A DNA stretch of 64,000 bases, from IMG/VR virus record IMGVR_UViG_3300045412_000547; one strand, written 5' to 3'. Of this stretch, positions 48,776 to 56,475 are shown one piece after another. The notes below the pieces were generated by a model that was not told where the DNA came from, did not search any database, and saw nothing but the letters and a program-made list of their open reading frames with translations. Origin of the DNA: a virus. How positions within the stretch are numbered: the stretch's first letter is position 1; each line of letters begins with the position of its first letter. Position numbers and translations under genes: made by a program.

Positions 48776-49159
48776 TTAATTAGGCTCTTTTTTAAGATAA
48801 AAAAGGGCGTCTTTTAAAAGTTGTTCAATTTTTTCCAACGTCGCGGCTATTTTATATAAACTATCAACTATTTTACCAGAATCATCAGAACCAACTCTAG
48901 GAGCTACCATAATTTGAGGTTGAGTTCGTATATTTGGTGCAGACGCACCAACAGAATTATGCTGAGGTATTCCTCGACTTTGACCTTGAGGCAAATTACG
49001 AATAATTTCTTCCGCTTTTAAATTGAGTCCCTGAAGAGTGGGGTTTTTATTAACAATGTGGCTATCTAATTGTTTTAAATCGCCTAAATTTTGCCCCATA
49101 AACTGAAGCGTAGCCAAACGTATCTCTTCTGGTGTAGATTCTCTAAAAGCGTCGCTCAT
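48776..49159 (-). CDS. Hypothetical protein
   Basis: Translationally coupled between gp32 and gp45. Confidence 0.55.
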   Translation of the reverse strand: MSDAFRESTPEEIRLATLQFMGQNLGDLKQLDSHIVNKNPTLQGLNLKAEEIIRNLPQGQSRGIPQHNSVGASAPNIRTQPQIMVAPRVGSDDSGKIVDSLYKIAATLEKIEQLLKDALFYLKKEPN

Positions 49160-50031
49160 TACTCATCGAGTTCTTTAAGAAGATTATTAATAGAATCATC
49201 TGTCAAGTCATCTTCTTGCTGCTTTTTAGAAGCCTTGGGTTCTGGTGCAGAAGACCTTTTAACAGATTTGACTTCTGTAACAATTTGAGGAACCTCAACG
49301 GCAGCAGTTACTTCTTCTATCGCATCTTCTTTACAATAGTAATGTTGGTTAAATAAAGTCTTAAGCTCGTCGTATGTTTTAGCACTCACGTAAGACTCTA
49401 AATCAAATACTCCTTTATAAATTTTATCATAATCAGCTTCATCCAGTCCTTCAATTTCCTTAGGAGATTGAAACTTAGAAGAAACATAAGTAGGATAGTC
49501 TCCTTGCTTTTCTACTTTAATTTTTAAGCTGCAACCTTTAGAAGACAAGTCAAAAATGCGCGGGCCAAATTCTTCTGCATCTTCTCCCTCTATAGCATCC
49601 ATGATAATTTTATGGAGTTGTTTACCAAACCGAATTAACTTAGTTTTACCGTTGTTATCAGAGTTAACAGGGTCGTTAATAACATAAGTATTAACTAACC
49701 AGTTTTCTCTTCTCAAAATAACGGACATCTTTTTCTTTTCCTCATCACTACCATTGCGCAAAACACGGTAGCGCTCTTCACCAATCGGATCACGTTGACC
49801 CCAGGTAGAAGGGCTTACAAATGTTACTAACTGGCCGGTGCTATAGCTATTCCATCCATAAGAATAATAGTGAAAAAACGTCTTTGAGGGGTCCTTTATA
49901 TTAGGCAATAAACGAACTGTGTATATATTGCCCACCTCTGTCCTTAGGAAGTCTCTAGTACGAGAAGCTGTTGTTTCTTTAGTTAAAGCAGACTTAATGC
50001 TTTCAAACATTGAATTGGTAAATGTACTCAT
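49159..50031 (-). CDS. gp32: Single-stranded DNA-binding protein
   Basis: VRLLP, DPIGE, N.YVINDP...DNNGK, FGK, FDL..G..KIKV, Y.SSKF, acidic tail. Confidence 0.9.
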   Translation of the reverse strand: MSTFTNSMFESIKSALTKETTASRTRDFLRTEVGNIYTVRLLPNIKDPSKTFFHYYSYGWNSYSTGQLVTFVSPSTWGQRDPIGEERYRVLRNGSDEEKKKMSVILRRENWLVNTYVINDPVNSDNNGKTKLIRFGKQLHKIIMDAIEGEDAEEFGPRIFDLSSKGCSLKIKVEKQGDYPTYVSSKFQSPKEIEGLDEADYDKIYKGVFDLESYVSAKTYDELKTLFNQHYYCKEDAIEEVTAAVEVPQIVTEVKSVKRSSAPEPKASKKQQEDDLTDDSINNLLKELDE

Positions 50032-50037
50032 ATTAAA

Positions 50038-50065
50038 ATTTTATAATGAGCAACACCTAATTCAA
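50038..50065 (-). promoter_or_regulatory. Early/middle sigma70-like promoter (gp32)
   Basis: TTGAAT-N16-TAAAAT-N6-ATG. Confidence 0.75.
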
Positions 50066-50712
50066 GCGTTATTTTTAATTTTTTTATAGGCATAAGAACA
50101 GAGTAATTTGGCTTTTCTCGAGACAATATATTTTGTTCTAAAAATTTCTATTTTTGAATAAAAATCTTTACCTAGCATAAACTCTAAAACCTCGGGCCCC
50201 ACCAATCTTATGTTGCGAATTGTGTCTTTGAATTCTAATAAAGAATAAAAATTGATTTTATGCTCTTGTAAATGAAGTAAAAAAGAAAACATGTTGTTTG
50301 TTCTATGGTTTACATAGCTGTCTACATTAATATTTTGCTCGCTGCAAAACTGTTTAATAAACTTAAATGATTTTAAAATATTTTTAAGTTGTTGTTTTTC
50401 GTCTGGATCCAAGAGCTCGTTTTTCTTCAAAAGTGTAGTATAGGCGTTAATCGCTTTAAGACTGATATAATAATCCAATCCAAAATAATTTTCATCTTGG
50501 TAAAGTTCATAAGGTGCTTTAAAAAAGCTTTGAACGTCAATGTGTTTAAAACGATTGAAAAAATTTGACAGTTTTTTTAAATAAACATATTCTTTTTTAT
50601 CTAATAACTCCGCAAAATTTTTTCTATTTTTGTAAGGTTTGCCGTTACGAGAGACCCTTAAAAAAGTATTGTAAATATACTTTTCAAAATCAGAAAATTC
50701 TAGTACCGCCAT
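50062..50712 (-). CDS. Putative helicase loader (gp59-like)
   Basis: Basic 216-aa protein immediately upstream of gp32, as in T4; F....EYVYLKKLS.FF. Confidence 0.5.
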   Translation of the reverse strand: MAVLEFSDFEKYIYNTFLRVSRNGKPYKNRKNFAELLDKKEYVYLKKLSNFFNRFKHIDVQSFFKAPYELYQDENYFGLDYYISLKAINAYTTLLKKNELLDPDEKQQLKNILKSFKFIKQFCSEQNINVDSYVNHRTNNMFSFLLHLQEHKINFYSLLEFKDTIRNIRLVGPEVLEFMLGKDFYSKIEIFRTKYIVSRKAKLLCSYAYKKIKNNA

Positions 50713-50903
50713 TTGTAACGAGCGAATTCTTTTTTGACACGCTTTTTAACACTTGGCTTGTATCCATATTTAAAAAACCGAATTGTTTCTAATACTAAAG
50801 ACTTTTGAACCTCACGAGCAAACTTGTTGTATTTTCTTGCAAAATAATCCTTATCTAGGGATTTCTTTCTATCTAGCGTTATTTCTGCGTTTACGTTAAT
50901 CAT
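50700..50903 (-). CDS. rpsU: Phage-encoded 30S ribosomal protein bS21 (divergent)
   Basis: 67 aa and very basic; F.RKY.KF.REVQKS.VLE.IR..KY.YKPSVKKR.KK..AR matches the bS21 pattern. Confidence 0.8.
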   Translation of the reverse strand: MINVNAEITLDRKKSLDKDYFARKYNKFAREVQKSLVLETIRFFKYGYKPSVKKRVKKEFARYKWRY

Positions 50904-51181
50904 AGTAGTGCTTTTTTGTTTGCGTTAAGATATTTCATTATATATTTACTCTTATATAATCCAGTATCAAATTGTAAAAAGCTTTTTACGGCAAGATAAT
51001 CATTTTCAAAATCACAATATTCTTTAAACAAAATTCTTACGTTTGAATTCTGTAAAAGAAGTAAAAATATGTTTGCTAGATTCATTTTTTTAGTTTGTAG
51101 TAAACTTATTAAAGTACAAAAAGAGTAAAACAAATGATTAAACTCATATGCTGTGATTGAATAGGAGGGGTCTACTTTCAT
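50900..51181 (-). CDS. Hypothetical protein
   Basis: 4-nt overlaps with both neighbours. Confidence 0.55.
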   Translation of the reverse strand: MKVDPSYSITAYEFNHLFYSFCTLISLLQTKKMNLANIFLLLLQNSNVRILFKEYCDFENDYLAVKSFLQFDTGLYKSKYIMKYLNANKKALL

Positions 51182-52092
51182 TTACAGGCCTCCAGCTTTT
51201 TACTAAAAGTTAAAAATTCTTCATTGATAAATCCACCGCCTATATTTTTAGTTCCACCGCCTTTGAAATTCGTTTTTGTAAAGTTACCAATATGAAGATT
51301 ATCGTTTTTGTTTTTATCTTTTCTTAAGCTTATATATTTTGTATTTAAATTTACTACAATAGCTATATCGCCATTGTGTTTTTCTAAAATATAGTGGGCA
51401 ACTTCACTGGGAGCCGTATTCGTAAATGTACTAACTACTTTGTAGTTTAAATTTTTATATTCAGTATTTGTTTTGAATACTGTTAAACCTTCTAATACTT
51501 TATTTAAATTTTCTTTGTAAAACTTAATTAAATTTTTATGCTGCTGGGTAAACACTGTAAAGCCATTTTTAAAATCATTGTAAAATTTTTCTATTCTATC
51601 ACCCTGATAGCTCCAAAATAAAAAATTAAGATCTTTTGACAGGGGATGTTTTAAATTGTAGCTGTCGTAGTCGTTAACAAGAGATATTAAAAGTTTTTGT
51701 TGTTCGGTAAGAATGTCTCCGTATTTATCTTTTAATCTTTTATAAAGCATTAAAGCACAGCTTGAGCTATTTTCGGTTATAATTTTAGCATTTTTAAATT
51801 TTTTTATATCATCAGGGTCATCTTCACCGTGGTTAATGTATGTTAAATTAGGAAGATCGGCAATATCTTCATTTTTATTTAAAATAGATAAATCAAAAAT
51901 ATAAATTTTTTTAAAACTTTCCGCTTTATTATTTTTTAAAAAATTTTCAAAATCTTTTCTAAATGTTTTTTCCGTACAAGATTTATATGGGCATATAAGC
52001 TTTGTATACCATCTAAATACAGAGTAGCAGCATGCACCGTCGAGATCTGCATCTGTAAAAATAAAGATATTGTCAATAGGCTTTTCTGCCAT
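51178..52092 (-). CDS. DHH/DHHA1-family phosphoesterase with degenerate motifs
   Basis: DADLDG, IFDL, INHG in place of DHH, NDYD, SLR, GGGT in place of GGGH. Confidence 0.75.
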   Translation of the reverse strand: MAEKPIDNIFIFTDADLDGACCYSVFRWYTKLICPYKSCTEKTFRKDFENFLKNNKAESFKKIYIFDLSILNKNEDIADLPNLTYINHGEDDPDDIKKFKNAKIITENSSSCALMLYKRLKDKYGDILTEQQKLLISLVNDYDSYNLKHPLSKDLNFLFWSYQGDRIEKFYNDFKNGFTVFTQQHKNLIKFYKENLNKVLEGLTVFKTNTEYKNLNYKVVSTFTNTAPSEVAHYILEKHNGDIAIVVNLNTKYISLRKDKNKNDNLHIGNFTKTNFKGGGTKNIGGGFINEEFLTFSKKLEACK

Positions 52093-52097
52093 AAATT

Positions 52098-52125
52098 TAT
52101 TTAGTTTTTAACTTATAAAAATCAA
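52098..52125 (-). promoter_or_regulatory. Hybrid promoter for the DHH-hyp-bS21-gp59 operon
   Basis: TTGATT-N16-TAAATA-N5-ATG (early-type -35 combined with a late-type box). Confidence 0.6.
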
Positions 52126-52127
52126 TT

Positions 52128-53453
52128 CTAATTATTTGAAAGTGAAGCAAGTGTATTGATAGTTGATGCACTTGCTTCCGTATCATTAACATGTTCATCT
52201 TCTGAAATAGTTAAAGTACTGTAATCTATACGCATAATACAATGACCGAAATTTGCTCCAAATCTATTCTTCATTATGCCGAGTTTTATAACACCTAGCT
52301 CTCTGTCTGTATCTTCTTGCCAAATACTCATTATAACATCAGCTGTAGCTGCTAGACCCATGCTTTCGGAAATTGTATTAAGACCGGGATCTGTAGTATT
52401 ATAACCTTCACGGTTTAATTGAGTGGCGCTAACTATAGGGCAATTAAAGACGTAGCTTAATGCTCTTAGTTGCTCTGTACAGTATTTTATACGTTCATAG
52501 GTATTGTTACCGAGCGTAGTATGTAAAAGATTAATGTAATCGAGTATAATTGCATCAATTTTCAATCCTTTGCTTGTAAGTTTTTTAATAAATGCTTTAA
52601 GATGATTTGTGGTAACTGTAGATGGTGGAAACTCTTTTATAAGAATTTTTGCGCCTGGTTTTTCTACTGTATAGCCTTCAATAGTATTTTTTAAAGTTAT
52701 ACATTCTGGTTTTAAGTGATTGAAGGGTATTTTAGTAATATTTGTAAAGAGACGTTTTGCATATACCATTTCAGGCATTTCAAGAGTTATGAGTAATACT
52801 GTTTTATTTTGACTTGCAATATTCACCGCAGCGTTACCAAGAAAAATACTTTTACCGATATTTGTTTCACCTGCAAATACATAGATCGATCTGCCAGATT
52901 CTAAAAAACCTCCACCGAGCCTGTCATCAAGCCATTTCCATTTACTAGAAATATAATTGTCCTCCTTATTAAGATCATCAATAACCTTATCAACATCAGG
53001 AAAGAGATCTAATCCGGTATCTGTTGCAAGGCTTATATTACATGCTTTTTCAAACTTACTTAGAACGGCTGATGTATCCACACTGTTTTTTCCAATATCA
53101 TCCACCACATCCATCATTGTATGATAAACTGCTTTTTCTTTTAAAAATGTTTCGGTGTTACTGTATAGTTCATCAACATTAAATTTTTTGTCTAAATCTA
53201 AAAAACTATTAGCAACGTTTTTAAAAGATTTTTTTAAATTATCGGTATCTAGATAAGTTTTTATTTCTGTTAATGTCGGTTTTGTTCCGCGCTTCGTATA
53301 AAAATCTTTTATAATAGAATAGATGTTTTTATTATCTGTATTTTTAAGGTACTTTAAATTAATATAATCAATAACAGAAGAAAGATATAATTCATCCGTT
53401 AAGCATTTATAAACAATAACCGTTTCAAAAAAATCTAGGTCTAGTTTTGCCAT
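52128..53453 (-). CDS. gp41: Replicative DnaB-like helicase
   Basis: AGETNIGKS, LITLEM, IKEFP, ILDYINL, SATQLNR, ISESMG, KNRFG. Confidence 0.95.
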   Translation of the reverse strand: MAKLDLDFFETVIVYKCLTDELYLSSVIDYINLKYLKNTDNKNIYSIIKDFYTKRGTKPTLTEIKTYLDTDNLKKSFKNVANSFLDLDKKFNVDELYSNTETFLKEKAVYHTMMDVVDDIGKNSVDTSAVLSKFEKACNISLATDTGLDLFPDVDKVIDDLNKEDNYISSKWKWLDDRLGGGFLESGRSIYVFAGETNIGKSIFLGNAAVNIASQNKTVLLITLEMPEMVYAKRLFTNITKIPFNHLKPECITLKNTIEGYTVEKPGAKILIKEFPPSTVTTNHLKAFIKKLTSKGLKIDAIILDYINLLHTTLGNNTYERIKYCTEQLRALSYVFNCPIVSATQLNREGYNTTDPGLNTISESMGLAATADVIMSIWQEDTDRELGVIKLGIMKNRFGANFGHCIMRIDYSTLTISEDEHVNDTEASASTINTLASLSNN

Positions 53454-53470
53454 GTTACGTAAATAGTTAT

Positions 53471-54157
53471 TCAAGAGTATTCTTGAATAAACTTTTCCTG
53501 GCTCTGCAAAAATGAACTGTCGCCCGGATTTAAAAGACCGGGTGAACTATGTACCGCCCAAATAGGTGTTACACCGAGTTTTAATTTTTTGTTATTTGCA
53601 TCTATGCTACTTGCTATATCATAATGATGAAATTTATAGTTTTCGTTGAATTTCCAGTTTGTTTCAATAACTCGCTTACAATTTATACTTAAAAATAGGC
53701 CGTCTAAAATAGTAACGCGAGCGGGAGTTGGTCCAAAGCATGTCATAAGAATTTGATTATCTTGATGCAGTAAAGATGCTGGGTGGGCAACTGCTCCTCT
53801 TAAATTCCCACTACCAAAACCACCGCACATTAGATGCCATAAAGCTGGTTTTGCAACAACTGGATTAATACCACCGGCGAGTCCAACGATATCGTAATCT
53901 TTGTGGGCTTGTATTAGTTTTTCACAAATGTTTGCATCATCAACTATCAAGTCATCATGTAAGAAAATAATATAATCAAATTCGTTTTTGTAATTTTTTA
54001 GAATTTGATTATAGTTTTCGCTTAACCCTTTTTCATTATTAAAATCATAAAAAAGCTTAAATTTAAAAAGAGCTTTTTTAAAAATCTTATTTAAAGATTG
54101 ATAGGTTAAAGTATCTTCAGCTTTTTTACGAGTACAAAAATAGAAAGCAAATTTCAT
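53471..54157 (-). CDS. GT-A fold (family-2-like) glycosyltransferase
   Basis: GLS..YN..L, IIFLHDDL (DxD-like), DIVGLAG, LDGLFL, F.E...FHHYD. Confidence 0.8.
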   Translation of the reverse strand: MKFAFYFCTRKKAEDTLTYQSLNKIFKKALFKFKLFYDFNNEKGLSENYNQILKNYKNEFDYIIFLHDDLIVDDANICEKLIQAHKDYDIVGLAGGINPVVAKPALWHLMCGGFGSGNLRGAVAHPASLLHQDNQILMTCFGPTPARVTILDGLFLSINCKRVIETNWKFNENYKFHHYDIASSIDANNKKLKLGVTPIWAVHSSPGLLNPGDSSFLQSQEKFIQEYS

Positions 54158-54840
54158 GTATAGAAAGGCGAGTTTGATTTAAACTCACCGACTTCAGTAA
54201 TACCTTCCGGTGTTAACAAATATAAAACACCTTCTTCAATAGCTTTAAAGCCTTTTTCAGATAATGAAGAAAAGCTATTATTTAAAAAATCTGCATAAAG
54301 AGTAGCACCCGAGCGTGCAATATAAACGTTTTGAGATCTAGAGTTATATATCCAAAGACCGAAATTACCTTGTAGTAGCCCTAAAATAGATGAAATAAGG
54401 CTAGCTTCATCTTTTTTAGGAAATTTTTTGCGCTGTAAATGTAGCAGAGCAGGTATAATGGAAGAGTCAACTTCGTTAAACAATTTTTTATTTTTAATAT
54501 TTTTCTTTAATTCAAGATGGTTTGTTAGTACACCATTATGGGCAATAACCCAATCCTCTACATTAAAGGGATGTGATGTTTTATGATCATATTTTCTAAT
54601 AGATGATGTCGGAGCTTGAGTATGACCGAGAAAATACTCAAAATCGTCTATTTTCCTTTTAAATTTTGAATATTTAATAACTAGATTTTTTGATAAGGTT
54701 ATTTTACCTGGCGACCTGAGGGTTGCGTAAATATTTGCAGTAACAAAGATACCGCCAAACGCAAAAGTACCGCGTTTTTTGTTTTTATTGTAAAGACTTG
54801 TATATGTTTTAAAGTTTTTAGAACCAAAGATTCCACACAT
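54154..54840 (-). CDS. Class II (Ntn) glutamine amidotransferase
   Basis: N-terminal MCGIFG, RG, GHTQAPT, HPF, AHNGVLTN, VDS. Confidence 0.88.
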   Translation of the reverse strand: MCGIFGSKNFKTYTSLYNKNKKRGTFAFGGIFVTANIYATLRSPGKITLSKNLVIKYSKFKRKIDDFEYFLGHTQAPTSSIRKYDHKTSHPFNVEDWVIAHNGVLTNHLELKKNIKNKKLFNEVDSSIIPALLHLQRKKFPKKDEASLISSILGLLQGNFGLWIYNSRSQNVYIARSGATLYADFLNNSFSSLSEKGFKAIEEGVLYLLTPEGITEVGEFKSNSPFYT

Positions 54841-54846
54841 AAAATT

Positions 54847-54874
54847 ATTTTAATTGAGAGAATAAATATTTCAA
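54847..54874 (-). promoter_or_regulatory. Early/middle promoter (GATase-GT-helicase)
   Basis: TTGAAA-N16-TAAAAT-N6-ATG. Confidence 0.7.
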
Positions 54875-54875
54875 G

Positions 54876-55748
54876 ATGAATAGAGATATACATTTAATAT
54901 ATGAGAATTATGTTAGATCTCGTAATCCAAACCTGTTAAATGAGTTGTCTCCAGTAGAAATGGAGGGCGGTATTGATGTAGGCCCTGTTGTAAACAAGAC
55001 TTTGCCGGGGCAAGGAAAGCAATATGGCGCAGGGGCAATAAAGAAAGTAGCTGAAATACAGGGTAAATCAGAGAATGAAGTTGCTGAAGACATGGCTAAA
55101 ACTATTATAGCAAAAACTGGCGATAAAAAAGAAGTTAATGGCAAAATGGTGCATTATTTTTCTGGAGAACCGGATGCATTTATCAATAGCTTAGTACCAG
55201 AATTTAAACAAAAATATGGTATAAGCCCTACTATGGCAAAATATACAATTAATTATATTTTAATATATATTCTTCATGCTAAAAAAACTTTGGGAGGGTT
55301 AGTCAAACTAAATACTAAAAATATATCGAACCCTGAAACATTACCAGACCAGCCTGTTGTGGTCGATAAAAAATTTCCTACTGAAGAAGAAGGATACGAA
55401 AGCGGATTTATTTATTACAAAAATAATGAAGCTGTTCTAGAAGGAAAATTAAATGAAATTTTTAAGGGAATGAGCGATGAAATAGACGGCGATGATATGT
55501 CTACTTCTATTAAGAAAAACATGATTATAGCTGGAGTAGATAGACGCCAGTTTTGGGATGTTGTTACAGGTTTATTAAAAAATAAGGCTTTTTTTGAAAG
55601 AAAAAAAGATACTAGAATGCTTGATGATGTGGACGGGTTAGCTATCGGTCCAATACCTACATCTGATAGAGATATAGAGGATGCAATTAGGGAGCTACCT
55701 TCATATAAAGAAATGCTAAGACAGAAGTCAAGAGAAGCTATATATTAA
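54876..55748 (+). CDS. Hypothetical late protein inserted in reverse orientation between QueC and the GATase
   Basis: ATAAATA-N7-ATG; N-terminus MNRDIHLIYENY. Confidence 0.6.
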   Translation: MNRDIHLIYENYVRSRNPNLLNELSPVEMEGGIDVGPVVNKTLPGQGKQYGAGAIKKVAEIQGKSENEVAEDMAKTIIAKTGDKKEVNGKMVHYFSGEPDAFINSLVPEFKQKYGISPTMAKYTINYILIYILHAKKTLGGLVKLNTKNISNPETLPDQPVVVDKKFPTEEEGYESGFIYYKNNEAVLEGKLNEIFKGMSDEIDGDDMSTSIKKNMIIAGVDRRQFWDVVTGLLKNKAFFERKKDTRMLDDVDGLAIGPIPTSDRDIEDAIRELPSYKEMLRQKSREAIY

Positions 55749-56475
55749 TTTTTTTACAGTTATTTTTCTCCCAAGGTATTTCAATTTTATATGGTAAAGG
55801 ATCAATATATCCAGCATCTAGAAATCCCTTTATCCTAAGCGAACAAGCCGTACATTTACCGCATGCAATATTTTTACCTTCATAGCATGTCCAGGTTTTA
55901 CTAAAATCGACACCTAAGCTAATACCCGTTTTAACAATATCTGCTTTTGATTTAGTTAGAAGAGGTGCAATAACTTCTATTTTAGTCCGTCGATTTAAAG
56001 AGGATAATTCGTTTATTTTGTCTAAAAATTCCGGGCTTCCATCCCAGTATCCAGCGACACTATCAGCTTGCGCCGCTCCATGAATAATTTTTGCAGCATT
56101 ATTACTCTCTGCATATGCAAGACAAATACTTAAAAGCATTATGTTTCTAAACGGTACATAATTAACTGTTTGAGGATCACCCATAACATTCTTAGCATAG
56201 GCTACTTTAATTTTTTTATTCGTTAAAGCACTAGTGCGGGCTATATCCTTAAAAAATGAAATTGGAACAATAGTATGATTTGTTTTTTTAGTACCATATT
56301 TTTCCCTAACAGAATCAATTTGAAGTTTTGCACACTTCAACTCTTTTTTATGTTTTTGATCATAATTAAATGATATAGCATCTGTATGACTATAGATTTT
56401 GACTGCGTAATGCAGCAATACAGAACTATCCATTCCTCCGCTGACAGGAACTACAACTCTACTCAACCGGCTCAT
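55738..56475 (-). CDS. queC: QueC-family (7-cyano-7-deazaguanine synthase-like) PP-loop ATPase
   Basis: SGGMDS, FNY.QKH..EL, VPFRN, K.KADIV, TWTCY..CGKCTACSLR..GF..AG..DP. Confidence 0.92.
   Translation of the reverse strand: MSRLSRVVVPVSGGMDSSVLLHYAVKIYSHTDAISFNYDQKHKKELKCAKLQIDSVREKYGTKKTNHTIVPISFFKDIARTSALTNKKIKVAYAKNVMGDPQTVNYVPFRNIMLLSICLAYAESNNAAKIIHGAAQADSVAGYWDGSPEFLDKINELSSLNRRTKIEVIAPLLTKSKADIVKTGISLGVDFSKTWTCYEGKNIACGKCTACSLRIKGFLDAGYIDPLPYKIEIPWEKNNCKKINI

Noticed and set aside
53471-56475. QatABCD or type IV CBASS defence system
   Set aside because: No KAP ATPase, TatD, CD-NTase or TGT is nearby, and the context is a phage replication operon.
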